Of a stretch of 64,000 nucleotides of DNA, positions 1 to 13,808 are shown piece after piece; the first letter of the stretch is position 1, and each line of letters opens with the position of its first letter. Source of the DNA: Perna viridis. Lineage: Eukaryota. The notes beneath the pieces are model-generated. The model was not told the origin of the DNA. It made no database searches and saw only the letters and a list, made by a program, of their open reading frames with translations. Where the stretch lies: the NCBI GenBank assembly GCA_037379345.1, contig CM074511.1, positions 26,542,862 through 26,606,861 on the forward strand, read 5' to 3'. Both the position numbers and the translations under genes were made by a program.

Positions 1-111
1 TCCTTCATCATATTCTTTTAAACTTGATATTTGATGAAGCGAATCTCAATTTTGTTGTGTTTTGTTGGTTTTTGTATTATTTTATGTTTTGCTTTCATTG
101 AATTTGTTTAA

Positions 112-504
112 GTAGCTGTCTTTGTAAGAATCATGCAAAATCTGAAAAATGTGATACACCCCAAAAAAGGCTACATATTTTTATTTTTGTAATTAAGTTG
201 TTTTATGGGTCTATATTATGAAATGTGTAATTATTCATTCAAATCTGCCTGCTCTTAGGTGATAATCAACATTAAAAGCCCAATAGATTGTATTGTATTT
301 GAGTGTCATTTACAGAGTTATCTCCCTTACTTTTGAATTCTACAGTGCATTCTATACAATTTTTATCTCCTATGAGCAGGGGTTATATGAAAAACCACAT
401 GTTAATCTCTGTTTACTAAAGCATTTTAAACAAGATATCAAAAAAAATATGTAGGCTTTCCAACCATGTATCACATTTTGCATGATTCTTATATGGAGTG
501 CTGC
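112..504 (+). mobile_element. ~393-bp non-autonomous DNA transposon (MITE), TTAA target site, copy 1 of 5
   Basis: TTAA|GTAGC...GCTGC|TTAA termini; subterminal inverted repeat TAAGAATCATGCAAAA/TTTTGCATGATTCTTA; closely similar copies at 3379, 12466, 14037, 35659. Confidence 0.85.
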
Positions 505-3378
505 TTAAAATCATAACACTAGAATATAATGTAGGTTGTATGATAAAGTGATGCATAAATCATTATGGAATTGCATACATATACACATACATGTACATGT
601 ACATGTATATATATTGAATGCATATTTCTTGAATGTCTGATACCAAATGTATTGCTGTTGTGCCATATTGCATACTGTGTTGTTGAAAAATAGAAAATAC
701 TTCCTTTATTTATGTGACGTTTGTTTATGTACTAATATTTTTTTTTAAATTATTGATAAATATATAATTTTACAATGTGTGCAATACTTTATGAAAACAA
801 AGTTTATGGTTTTTAATAAATTCTGTGATTTATTTAGGGGCATGATTATATTTTATGTATATTCATTACAAAATGAAGTCTAATGAAATGTATTTTGTTA
901 ATTAGGTAACATGGCCTTTTAATTTGCCTTTCTGCTATTTTTACAAATTTTATTTATTATTTTTTTTTTTTAAAGAAATCATATGTGATACATTGTGCAT
1001 TTGTACATTGTAAAAGAAATGATATTGCATTAGTATTAATATCAGTATATTGTATTAGTATTCTTCGAGGATTATCTCCCACCTGCAGAGTTATCTTTTT
1101 ATCTTTCTTAAAAGGAGATGTACACATGTGAGTCTTTGAGATTTATGAGCACAAAAGATTTGCGGTAGAAATAATTTTGGTTTTCAAATGTGTTAAATCT
1201 ATATCGTAGTTTTTTTTCCATTCCTTTATAACTATGCTTCCATATTTAGGTATTGCGATTGTACACAAAAATTTGATTTTGCCCTTTATTCAATCATTAC
1301 AAGATATCTTCCTTAATGGGAGACAACTCCTCACAATATTTTTATTTATATTTTGGGGGTGTAACTCTGTAGAAATTTAAGAATTCTTTTGTTCACATAG
1401 ATCTGATTATTTAAAGATCTGACATTGCCATTCAATAATAATTTCTCATAATCTCATTTGAATTCTTTTATTATAAAGAATTATTTTATCTTATTACATT
1501 TTTTGTCAAGATTTTTTGTAAAAAGTATTTTAATAATGCTTCTCATAATCTCACTTGATTTTTTTTAACATAGAATTATCATATAATATTTTTACTTAGA
1601 TACTGTATACAAAGTATAAAAATATCATTATGTGAAAAATAATGGATTTAAGTTGCTTTATTCTGCATTGAATGAGTAAGAAATTAATCTTTATTATACA
1701 TATATAGATATTTCATTACATATGGAATAAATTAGTAATTTTTTACAATTCAACAAAAGAACATAACTTTCATGTCTTTTTCAACAGATTTCCAAATTAA
1801 TAGTTACTTTCAACAGGTTTCCAAATTATAAAGTGTCTGTTTTAGAAGAGTTTTGCTTCTCCTGTCTGTTTTTTTTAATAAGTATACCCCTCTCAATGAG
1901 TAACTGTATATCTTGACTTCAAATTAATGGATTGATTTCAAATTTGGTATATGGATTCATATAGATGGGCCTAGATTGTTAGATATTTTGGTTGCTCTCT
2001 GATATTACTTCCTGTATGACTGAGGGTATGCCTAGCTTTTCATACTATTTAAAAAGTATTGGCATAAAGTAATTGAAATTTTTAAAAAGAAAAAATTCAA
2101 AGTTTGAGATTCGTGGTCATTTCCAAGAATTTTGAAATTCAAATAGGTACACATGTATATACTTGTTCATGTATTGGTAAGTTATTAAAAGTGCTCTGCC
2201 CCTTAAAAATGTCATATCAGTAGTCAGGGGGGTGTATAATGAGTTTATTCACAAACTGTTTATTGTTATCTATAGTGCTTTGTTTAAGTGATATGTTAAA
2301 AAGTAGAATCTTGTTATTTTATTTATTTATAGTATATTTACATTTTGTGTATCATTTTGTTGACTTACATAAATCATACTTGTACTTACGTTTCCATAGA
2401 AACCAGTCGGACTCATTGTAAAAATAAAATTGTACTAGAGATGTCTTCTTTTCTTAGCAAATAGCAGACTTCTTTTAAGTTGATATTAATAAGTTGAAAG
2501 AGTAATCATAAGATGGAGAATCAAACCCAGCTTAAGACAATGTTTAGGAATAATATATCAAGTGGTGGCTGTCCTTCCGTCAAACCTTTCTAAACCTTTT
2601 AAAATTGTTGATGAAACTTCAATAAAACACTTTGAAGGTTTGGCAATGAACATAGTATAGAGATTGTGCATGATGTAAGATATCTATTATTGGATGCCTG
2701 CAAGGGGAGCTAATCCTACATAAGGGTTCACTTATTTAGTTGGGGTATCACTTTTCAGCTTATGATACTTTTCGATCAGTTGTTGTTAAAAGATGAAAAA
2801 TGGATTTTAGTATGAAGTGCTTCAAAGCTCTTTAGACCACAGCCATGGCAAAAAGTGATAAAATACATGATCAATATTTTGTACTACACATAGGCTGCAT
2901 CTATTCAAAAAGATAAAGAAACTAGTCCTATTAGAACCGAAATAAATCACAGAAACTCCATTTTATCTTTGTTTTACCATGGGCTGGCCATATATGTCTT
3001 ATTTAAGCCCTTGCTATCATTCTTGGTAAAACAATGGGTAAATGATTTTGGTTGGCAAAAAATTCATACCGATGCACGAAGTATCAACTTTAAATTGTCA
3101 TAACTTTTTCATATTTTTTAAGTTTATAAAATTGTAAGTAAAAGGACTATCTGGTATTGTATTAAAGTTGTACATTAATATTCAGTGGATATGCACTTTT
3201 GATATCATTTGACAAAATTCTGCATGAATTATTGACTAGAATTTAAATATAAACTCCTATTACAGTTTACAAGTTACAGAAATGAAAATTTATACAAAAA
3301 AATATGAAAAAATTATCCATTGAATACACTTCACAGAACCAAAATCTGTTTTGAAATAACAAAGTTATAAAGATTTAA

Positions 3379-3771
3379 GTAGCACTCCAGCTAAGAATCA
3401 TGCAAAATGTGATTCATGGGTAAAAAGCCTACATATTTTCATTTTTCATATCTTGTCTGAAATGTCATAGTAAACAGTAATTAACGTGGTTTTTCATATA
3501 ACCTGTGCTCTTAGGAGATAAAAATGATATAGAATGCACTGTAAATTTCAAAATTAAGGGAGATAACTCTGTAAATGACGCTCAAATACAATAGAATCTA
3601 CTGGATTTTCAATGTGGATTATCTCCTAAGAGCAGGCAGATTTGAATGAATAATTATATGTTTCATAGTATAGACCCATAAAACAACTTAATTACAAAAA
3701 TAAAAATATGTAGCCTTTTTGGGGGTGTATCACATTTTTCAGATTTGCATGATTCTTATAAAGACAACCAC
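3379..3771 (-). mobile_element. TTAA-target MITE, copy 2 (inverted relative to copy 1)
   Basis: Reverse complement of 112-504; flanked by TTAA at 3375-3378 and 3772-3775. Confidence 0.85.
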
Positions 3772-6700
3772 TTAAGATTTGGGATTTGAATAATGTAATT
3801 GTTAATTGTTTATTATTTTGTTCATTTGCCTACCAATTTGACACTTAAAACTATGCAAATGAGTGAATATGACATCACCAATTAGATTTGCAAACTTTTC
3901 TATAACAGCTCAAAAGTCAGATAGAATGAAACTGAATTTTAGAAGTGTTTGAGGCAGCATATCTGAACAAATCTCATGTAGCTTAAATGGGAAGAAAATA
4001 TATGGCGGATTTAGACAGGATTGTTATTTTTCTTATCCAAATAAGGCATGCAATTATTATAACTTTCCAACTGAAGGGAGAACACAGTCCCTGTTTCCCC
4101 AAAGAGCCTTGGATGGTTGTAGCATATATGTTGAATTGTCAACAACTTTGTATTTTTAAAAATATGGAAAGTGTTGTGAACATTTACTAATCATATGTAA
4201 ACATGTACAGGGATCCAATATATTGATGAGCTCTGAAATGTTTTTCCTCTAACTGAAAGTAAACAAATTGTACAAAACCAATACTTATAAACTAATCTTT
4301 TAATCACAACACAAAACAAAATATGGACAAGACAAGTTCTTGATTTGAGGCAGTCGAGATGTTAGAAAATGCAGTGATGTTGTGAAAGGACGAAATGTGT
4401 ATGGTCCGATATGAACAACTTGTCACATTTGATTACCTCCCATTCAAAATATCCTGCTTACATTCATCATCTGTTAAAGAAATCAGAATCTAATGAAACA
4501 GGGAGGAATAATACTCGAGGGACTTAAACGAAAATTTTTCCAATTTATATGTTTTTTCTAGGTAATGTTAAGTTTTGTCCTTTCAAACAAAGACACATCT
4601 TGTTCTCGGAAGAAAACCATGAACAAATGAAGTCACATGAAGGCAGTGGCTCCTTGTCCACACATCCTTTTTGCGTCAAAAACATACGGAATCATGACAG
4701 AAACGCCTGATTCGTTAAGAAAATGTTGTCGAACTTGTCTGCAAATGTACTATTATTGTCATCACAAACCGTGTTCACATTTAATAAACTGAACAGTTTT
4801 CTGTTCATGTTATATTCTGGCTTGACTGCATATTAGATACTGGGAGTAAGCCTGTGTGCCTGAAAATGTACGGGTTTTATGTTGGCCAAACACAGAACAA
4901 GTCAGAGAAGTTATGATGACTAGTGTCAAAGTCGATGCATCGTCTTTACCAGGTGTTTAAAAATATATGATTAAATTATGGCTGATATCATAAATATCCC
5001 ATGTGTTAAAAAACACATTGAATATTCTTAAAATTTTAGTTTCTGTAAGGAAGGACCAGTGCGAATGGGTATGTTTTACATCTGTCGTCTGGAATTGCAG
5101 CATTATGATTTAAAATGTGTCGGACTGAATCATGTGCCAAAACAATCTTTCTCGATGAGCAAAAATAGTCTTTCAAGTTTGTTAAATGTGTATTTTGTAT
5201 TAATTCTGAATGATTTTTAATCGTTACAATGTATTTGTTACATCAGTTACGATTTAAATTGTATTTGTATCATTTTGTATATATCTGTATAAAAAAGAAT
5301 TTCTCATAATTTCCACATTACTAACGTAAATGAAACATTTCCAACATAATTCTGTGTGTTATTGAATCAAACTGGATGTGTGGACGATTAACCTGTAGAG
5401 GCTCCCCGTCCACAAATGCTTGGATGGGCAGCCACTGCCTTTGTGGAACATCAAGTATTAAATATACATTAGAAATAAAAATGCTAACAACACTTTCCCC
5501 AGAGATTCTTGTTGAGATATTATTTTTTACTTTCAACTGTAAATGACCTAAATGGAATCATATAGGCTGATGGTATTGCTTGCTATTTTTTTTCACTTTT
5601 AATTTCAATTTAATCTCTTTCAAAGATTTTTACATACTATGATTAATCAACATTTTATTCAGAAGACCCATGTGTGTGATTGTAACAATCCTATGAATCC
5701 TATCATGCTATCCTGTACAAAAGTATAAAAATTCTGAATCAAAATTATTTCTGTGTACTGCACTCATAAGAAAGCATAATAATACAAAAAGATGTACGCA
5801 TTGTTCAACATGGAACTTAATGAACAAAAAGCAAAAAAAGACAACACACTACTAACAAGTTCCACTAATGACAACACAAAGAGACTAAAGTAAAAGAGCA
5901 CCGAATGAGCTTTTATTTTTTCATAAAGCTTGCCGTCTTTGTACTTCTTATTTTTATGTTTGAAGTATTTCAGTGAAAATCTTGTTCTTTTGTTTCCAGT
6001 AAGGATTTGGCATTTTGTCTTCTCGAAATAAATGTTATTTTTGTAATGTATGCTACATGTATATGTATACGATTATTTATGTTAATGTAAAGTTAGCAGT
6101 TTGAGCTATATTGTGTGGAGCAGTGTCAATCTGAAACTTTAATGTTGTGTTGATCTTTAATGTGCAGTGCCTGACCTTTGAGATAAAGTTCAGTTTTTGA
6201 CCTTGACCTTAAGCTAGACCATGGAACATTTTTTTAGTGGTGAACAATCATGCTGTAATTGACTTGTGTACAAAATGCATTTGGACCTAGTTGGTCATAG
6301 CATACAAAAAAATTTGGGATCTTATATAAAGAACATGTGTGAAGTCTTAATTTACAAAAAATATAGTATAGGAGCTGTATTTTCTTAAGCTTGGCAGCTT
6401 GACATTATGGCTACACATTCAGTAGTTTATACTGGATATACCCTGTGGTGTTTGTTAACAACCATACCAAGTATCATTTATAATCTTTTAACAGATTCAA
6501 CAATTATGTTGAGAATCAATAGTTTAAAGTATATTGTGCTAATAAGGTAATGAGAGTTATGAACCATTTCTTACTGATGTAATCTCGATTTTGAACTTGA
6601 CCTTGAAGCTTGACAAATCTTATTCATGGCACATCCTGTGTTGGTGGTGAACTATTGTTTCCTAAATGACTTGTGCATTTGGAAATACAGGATCAAGTCT

Positions 6701-6972
6701 TATTTTCGGTGGGAAAAGTTGTCAGGGTGATGAAACGTTAAGCCTTTCTAAATGAATCTGTCAGAAGGAATTCTGAAGTACAGAAGATTCTGAAAAGAGA
6801 ACTCCAGGTGGTTTTCTTCAGTCCCAAAAAATGTTATCCAATGAAAAATTTCCGGACCAAAAATGTTATCCAATTAAAAATTAGGGTCGTTTAATTATTC
6901 ATCCAATCACTGTATACACACACTATTGCCAACTTCCGTTTTCTATGACAGGTCAGAAGCGAGCATCTTCAT

Positions 6973-7194
6973 AGGCCAAAAAAAATATTATGTCTGTTTC
7001 CTGCCACCCTACCTACCCTAGTTTTTTGCCTACCCTAAACATTTTACAGCTATTTTAGCTCGAGTACTGTTCAAGTCTAGATTGTTTCCCCATTGACTCA
7101 ATGTAAAATGTTTTTGAAAAAAAATTCTCTACCTACCAAACCTTTTTTTTTTACTTGCTGGTGACAGGAAACAAGACCATTATATTTTCTGCCT
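6973..7194. mobile_element. Small MITE with ~35-bp imperfect TIRs (possibly PIF/Harbinger-type)
   Basis: AGGCCAAAAAAAATATTATGTCTGTTTCCTGCCACC at the left end pairs imperfectly with GGTGACAGGAAACAAGACCATTATATTTTCTGCCT at the right end. Confidence 0.55.
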
Positions 7195-7524
7195 AAAGAC
7201 TAGGAATAAACTCAGTTACTTTGGAAGGGTAAACATTTTCTGCAGTGTATTGCTCGTTGAATGCCAAGTCTGGTAAAATGAGGAAGAATGTCTATGATAG
7301 TCAAAGGTCAATGGTGATAATGTAGTACTCGATCAGGACATGATGACAACTGTACATGTACATGTAGATCTTTAGAAGTAATGAACTTAGACTAGGGACT
7401 AGTCACCTTTTCCAAGTAACATTTATGGAAGCTCTTGTTCATATATATGTTGTGTATGCAAGAAAGGACAAAGGAAATTAGACACTGCAATGGAAACATT
7501 ATATGGGATTGTATTAACTGTCTA

Positions 7525-7835
7525 GGTGATCACGGTAACATGCTGCTTCAAGTGCTGGAGGTTGTGGGTTCAATCCCCAACTGAGTTCCACCAAGTACTT
7601 TAGAATTAGTAGCCATTGCTTCCTATGGTTTTGCTAGGAGTCAGAGTAATGTGTCAGAGTGAGCTGGCTGTTGGTTCTGTGAGCTACATTTGTAGAACAA
7701 TAAAAATCTGGCTCAGTGTGTTGGACTAGTATGAAGAAGGGTTTGTTTGCTCAGTACATAGTAAATTGTTCTGGCCCTGAAAAGGCTAAAATCTGCCATC
7801 TGCCATAGGACATTAAGCCATAATCAATCAATCAA
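7525..7835 (+). mobile_element. Degenerate tRNA-derived SINE
   Basis: B-box-like GGTTCAATCCC at 7567-7577, ~310 bp length, ends in (AATC)n tail at 7822-7835; body resembles bivalve tRNA-SINEs from recall only. Confidence 0.55.
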
Positions 7836-8011
7836 ATTGTCTTCAAAAAATAGAATTGATTTGTTTCCGACTGAAAAAGAATACCTCCTTCACACAGACA
7901 CAGACACACACACACACACACACCACTGCAATCCTTCATTATAGGGAAGTATATTATTTGATGTATTGTAATAATTAACAAAAAACATGTATTTTTATTT
8001 ATCTTGTAGAA

Positions 8012-9784
8012 ATGGATCTAAAGATCAAAAGTGAATGTTCAAGCCTTGATCAATTTAGTCGCCACAGCAATGATTTCCATGACAACAGTCGCCACTCAGA
8101 TTATTCTAGTCCTGAGCACTCTGAGAGCTTAATTACAAACTTTGAATCATTTCGTATTGAAGGTGGATACAGTGATGTGACACTTGTTGTGGATGGTCGA
8201 CAGTTTCCTTGCCATAGAGTCATACTTGCTGCAGGGTCCAGGTACTTTAAATCAATGTTTAGCTCAGGGATGGAAGAGTGCAGAAAGAGCAAGATTGACC
8301 TTCAGCAAGTTGACTCAACTGTATTTGAGTATGTTCTCCATTTTATATATACTGGAAGAGTACAGATCACACTTTCTATACTACAAGATCTATTTCAACA
8401 AGCATACATGTTTCAAATTGAACCTCTTGTCAATCTCTGTGTTAAATTTTTCCGAGAGAATATGAATGAAACAAATTGTTTGGCTGCATTAATGCTTGCT
8501 GATACTCATGCACACACACAGCTGTATGATATCTCCAAAGAGTTGGCTTGCTTCCATTTCAAGACAATTATGCACGATGAAGATTTTTGTCGTCTTTCTC
8601 TTCAATGTGTAATGGACCTTCTTTGTGATCGCAGGCTTCGATGTGATGGAGAACATCAAGTTTTTGAATTAGCTATCAAATGGCTGGATTCTGATGGAAA
8701 TGAGGGCAAAAGAAAGAATCTCAGATTCAAGATTTTAGAGGCAGTTAAATTTCCTTTGATTAAGAAGGAGTACTTGTTGGATATTGTATCAAAATCCCCT
8801 CATATCCTTCAAGATGAGAATGGCTTCAAGCTTTATGAAGATGCCATCATGTATCATATGATTCCAAGTAGAAGACACATGTTGAACAGCTACCAAATAA
8901 CACCAAGATTGACATGTGTTGGTCATGAATGTGCCATACTGTTGGGTGGTAGACTAGCTGACGGACTTAGTATTGATGTCGAAAGTTTCAGATCTGACAC
9001 TGGAGAATTTTCATCATTGAAGCCACTCCCATTCAAGAAGCGTAATGAGTTTACTGCATGTGTTATAGGAAATGACATTTATGTCACAGGTGGTTTACGG
9101 AGTGCAGAGTTTTGGAAGTACGACTCTGCTTTCGAGACATGGTTAAGGGGACCAAGTATGCAAGTTGCACGCAGACGCCATGCAATGGCTGCTCAACAAG
9201 ACACCCTGTATGTATTGGGAGGGTTTGATGAAGATATGGTTTTGGGTTCAGTTGAAAAGTGGACCAATGGGAATGGTTGGATGGATGGTGGTAATTTATG
9301 CCATGCAGTTGAGAATATGGGATTCATAGCACATGATTCCAATATATACTTATTTGGAGGGAAAAACAATGATGAGGTTGTAACCAACACTGTACAATGT
9401 TTCAACACAGAAACTGAGACATGCACGATTCTCTCTCAGTCACTGCCTGCTTGTGACATGTGCCTTGGGAGTACAGTGCTAAACAAACAAATATATGTTG
9501 TAGGTCTAGAAGGAGCTTTCCGCTATACTCCAGAAACAGAAAAATGGGAGGTGTTACCGGAACTAATTTGTCCAAGAGATTTTGTTAGTGTGGCAGTCTT
9601 GGATGAGAAATTATACACATTTGGGGGTAGGAGAAGAGGGGCAAAAGATAGATTGTACACTGACATTATTGAGTGCTTTGATCCAAAGAAGAATGCATGG
9701 GAGAAAGTTGGTACCATTCCAGTCCCTATGTATTCCTATGGCTGTGTTAAAATCTTTCTCAATGAAAAACCACATTCAGACTAA
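8012..9784 (+). CDS. Kelch-like protein (BTB-BACK-Kelch repeats; CUL3 substrate-adaptor family), 590 aa, single coding exon
   Basis: BTB motif SDVTLVVDGRQFPCHRVILAAGSRYFKSMF; BACK region (NETNCL...VFELAIKWL); Kelch repeats with GG doublets and conserved Y/W (IYVTGG, LYVLGG, IYLFGG, LYTFGG); polypyrimidine+AG acceptor at 8008-8009 two nt before ATG implies an upstream non-coding exon. Confidence 0.95.
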   Translation: MDLKIKSECSSLDQFSRHSNDFHDNSRHSDYSSPEHSESLITNFESFRIEGGYSDVTLVVDGRQFPCHRVILAAGSRYFKSMFSSGMEECRKSKIDLQQVDSTVFEYVLHFIYTGRVQITLSILQDLFQQAYMFQIEPLVNLCVKFFRENMNETNCLAALMLADTHAHTQLYDISKELACFHFKTIMHDEDFCRLSLQCVMDLLCDRRLRCDGEHQVFELAIKWLDSDGNEGKRKNLRFKILEAVKFPLIKKEYLLDIVSKSPHILQDENGFKLYEDAIMYHMIPSRRHMLNSYQITPRLTCVGHECAILLGGRLADGLSIDVESFRSDTGEFSSLKPLPFKKRNEFTACVIGNDIYVTGGLRSAEFWKYDSAFETWLRGPSMQVARRRHAMAAQQDTLYVLGGFDEDMVLGSVEKWTNGNGWMDGGNLCHAVENMGFIAHDSNIYLFGGKNNDEVVTNTVQCFNTETETCTILSQSLPACDMCLGSTVLNKQIYVVGLEGAFRYTPETEKWEVLPELICPRDFVSVAVLDEKLYTFGGRRRGAKDRLYTDIIECFDPKKNAWEKVGTIPVPMYSYGCVKIFLNEKPHSD

Positions 9785-12084
9785 AATGGTACAAGCATCT
9801 TTCTGTTTGCTTCTATTGATTATTGATGACTGTTTTCCATCAGAAATATTGTATGATTTGTAAGATCTTATGTGCTATTTTAAGTAAGAGCTTCTAATAA
9901 GCTTTTATAAAAGGAAGTTGCAGGACCAATTATGATTTTAAGCTTTGCTTAAAATTTTAAAATCCTGCACAATTCATTTATAAAAAAATGATGGTCTAGG
10001 TTCTCAGGACCAAAGTTACCTAAATTCCAAAGGTCCATGAAGTGGTAAAGTAGACCACAAAGTTTGGCCCTTTCTGATTTGAGAACTTGAAGGTGTACAA
10101 TTTCATAAGTTTACTTGTCTTTCATAGAGTACTGTGCAATCTAGTATCAAATTTAAATGTTTAGAGAATCTCTTGAATTGATATGCAAACTGTATTGAAT
10201 AAAAAAAATATGTAGCTTGTTTAAGGTTAGTCAGTAATTAAAATTGTTGAGTCAGATACATGTACATGTATGTGAAATTCTAGAAATCTCACATCAGAGT
10301 ATTTACCCTACTAATAGGAGTGTTTATTTTAGATTCACTGCCTACATGGACAAGAAACTCATTCATTTTGTTCTTATCTTAGTACATATACTTGTACATG
10401 TAAAATTTGTATGTGTGTAAACATGTAAAACTTGAAAATGATACAGACCAGAGTTAAAACTTTTTATGGATCTTCAATGAAGGTTTCATTTTTTGGTTTT
10501 GTCGTATAAAATTTAATTATCATGCCTATATGATGAAAGTTTTCTTAAATTTAATATAAATTTACATGTAACAAGACTTGCATGTTATTGGGATCTTGAA
10601 CCAACAAACTTTACACAAGGTTTTAAGTACTTCTTTGTCTAAGAATCAGGCAAAGTGTGTTTTGAGTGTGGCACAAGAGGAAAAAAAGACAGAGATTTTA
10701 TTGCATTATCAATAACCATCAAAGTGTTTGTTAAGTTAATAGCCTTTTCAAGGTATTGATAGGTCAAATTGAGTTGAAATGCGTTATGGAAAAATGGCGG
10801 GAAATTTTTCCTGTGCTTTTTTCCTATATAAACAGTAAAAAAAACTATGTCATAGATGCTTGGGGATAAATTTAAATAGCTTTTTGATTGTTTTCTATGT
10901 CTTGAATATATCTTAGGCTAACAAGACCAAATTGAGGAAAATTATGTGCAACACGTTGCCTGATTTTTGCATAGAATGGTACATAATAAAATCCTCTAAT
11001 TCTTGTCATGCGTTATTTCTAGATTTATTTATATTATTGTTGTTATTAACCAAAATTGTGATGCATAACCTGCTGTGGTGTACCTACACATGGTTTGATG
11101 CAGGCAAAAAAGTGCAAACTCTTGTTTTAAGTTATTTGCAAAGGAAAATAGTGCTATTTATTATATTTGATATTGTATTCTGTGTATGTAATTTATGTTT
11201 TTTTACATTATAAACTTATATGTACATGTAACATAAGTAAGTGCTCATATTGCTTTACAACTGCCTTGTAATGGTATGTACATTGTACTTACATGTATAT
11301 GTATGGTACATGTTTTTAAAATCTTTGTCAATGTGAACATTTTATGTCCTCATGTTTAAGCATATTTAAAATGTTTGTCTACATGTATGTGAACATTCAT
11401 CATCCTCATGATCAGTGTTTTAACTAACAAGTGTCTTTTTTTTAAATTGTATATTGGGAAAGTCTCATATTTATTTTGTTCATAGACCACCATACAAATA
11501 TTGTTTTATTGTATTGTGGGCTATATTGCTTATATGGGCATAAGTGACCTTTCTAATTGACCAGAATTGAACTATCACACTATAGTGATTAGTTTTTCTA
11601 TTTATCTCTAAACTTTAGTTAAAGGTAAAATGTGTCCTCAATACACATGTACTACCAAATAATCAAAGAAAAGGGTACTGTTCAGTATAATTTTTTCTTT
11701 AATTTTACACTTTGATGCATCTTTTTTTTTACACCAAATTACTACCAGTATATATTCAGTAATTTTTTTCTCCAGTTTCCTGACCTCCTTCACTACCTTG
11801 AGGAGTTCATACATCATTAATGTCAGACATATTTGATGAATATACCTATTAAAAAAATAACAAAAATAGATTCAGACTTTAAAATCCTCTATGCATTAAG
11901 TTAGCCTGTACTTAATGTGCTTACCCGGTGTCGAAATTCCCAAAGTTTGTCTCTATTTTATTGTTTAGCATTTGCAGTTGGCATTTTGTGCCCTGTCAAT
12001 CTCATTTTATAATTTCAAGTTATTATAATATACCACAAATTGGGATATTGTGGTTCTAATTTTTTTTTGTTAATTTGGCAAAAG

Positions 12085-12247
12085 CAGGTGCAGATCCAAG
12101 GACTGTCGTACCGGGCGTATGCCCCCTAAATCAGTAAGAAAACAAAATTTCCACACTTGTTTTACCCCATAATATTTTTTGCCTTGCTTTGCACAGCATT
12201 TAATTCAATTAACGCCCCCCTAAACTCAAACCCTGGATCCGCCCCTG
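12085..12247. mobile_element. 163-bp hAT-like MITE with 5-bp TSD, copy 1
   Basis: TIRs CAGGTGCAGATCCA / TGGATCCGCCCCTG; TSD AAAAG on both sides; reverse copy at 27956-28119. Confidence 0.8.
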
Positions 12248-12465
12248 AAAAGTATCGAAATTAAACACACTAAAATATAATGCATGGGAGTATTTTATAT
12301 ATTGGTGGATTATTATTGCTGAGTGATCGACAAACAATGTAGAAACAAATGCACTGTTTTCTTACCTAAAGTGACCCCCATTAACCTCATTTAAAAAATG
12401 TTATAAATGTATTTATTTATTTATTATTATTATTTTATTTTATCCAGAAAAACTGAAGAAATTAA

Positions 12466-12859
12466 GTAGCTGTCTTTGTAAGAATCATGCAAATCTGAAA
12501 AATGTGATATACCCCAAAAAAGGCTACATATTTTTATTTTTGTAATTAAGTTGTTTTATGGGTCTATACTGTGAAATGTGTAATTATTCATTCAAAATTT
12601 CCTGCTCTTAGGAGATAATCGACTTTGAAAATACAGTAGATTCTATTATATTTGAGCGCCATTTACAGAGTTATCTCCCTTAATTTTGAAATCTACAGTG
12701 CATTCTATATAATTTTTATCTCCTAAGAGCACGGGTTATATGAAAAACCACATGTTAATTTCTGTTTACTATGACATTTCAAACAAAATATCAAAAATAA
12801 AAATATGTAGACTTTTTACCATGAATCACATTTTGCATGATTCTTAGCTGGAGTACTAC
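12466..12859 (+). mobile_element. TTAA-target MITE, copy 3
   Basis: TTAA|GTAGC...ACTAC|TTAA; aligns to 112-504. Confidence 0.85.
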
Positions 12860-13808
12860 TTAATCTGTTACTGGTAGCATTAGAATTAGGCAGATTGTTT
12901 TCTCTCTGATGATAGATAAAGTTTGGTTAAAAGAAGAATGTATAATTGTTATTACACCACAGAACTTTCAGATCATGTTTTTCTTATGGTAGCTTAGATA
13001 ACTTTTGATTGATGCAACATAAAAATAAAAACTAATCAATTTTCACTATGCAAGATTATTTTTCTTTTCATCCCATAAGTTGTCCTCTTGATCCTTTTTT
13101 AGTAGAAATTTTATTTATAAGTAATGACTTTAAGTTTATTTTTATGGTGGGGTAAAAAAAAATGTGAGTTTTCTTTACAACTATGAAAGTTTTTCATGAA
13201 CAGTAGAACATTGGAAGAACATTGAACTCACTTTGCATTGTTAATTCAAAAAGCTCAAAATGTGGGCTGAATGCCACTTCATTAGAAATTGTTGTCTCCT
13301 AGATATATTTATAAAATTTTATGTTGTGTAGTTGTGGTATACAAAATTGTATGTGATACATATAAAACAAGTTATTAAAGTCTTAGAATCCATCATGACT
13401 TTATTTCAGCCAGGTATTTTAACTACACAAAAAAAGTTAGTTGGATAGAGTGTGTGTGTGGTCATTGGAATCTTTGCAGTGACATTGCAATTTCCATTGA
13501 GATACTGAATTTCAAAACAGAATTTTTGGGTTTTTTTTGATAATTTGGAAGCAAAATGCATTGAAGCTATAATTTGTTCACATTTTGTTAAAATTCAACT
13601 TTAATTGGATCTAGGTGACTAAAAAGTAATTTAAAACACACAAAGGTAGATAGAGCAAATTTATAAAACACTTAGAAATAAGAATTAAATTCAATTTTAA
13701 CAAACACCAGCTATATTAAGTGTTATAAACTTTCAAAAATCATTTATGGAGCTTCCATGTCATGTCCTTTGTCCTTAATTTAAAATTATCTAGAGAGGGA
13801 TATCTTTC

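Noticed and set aside
4350-5420. CpG-island-like promoter of the Kelch gene
   Set aside because: Locally CpG-richer, but could equally be a transposon remnant; no exon or TSS could be supported
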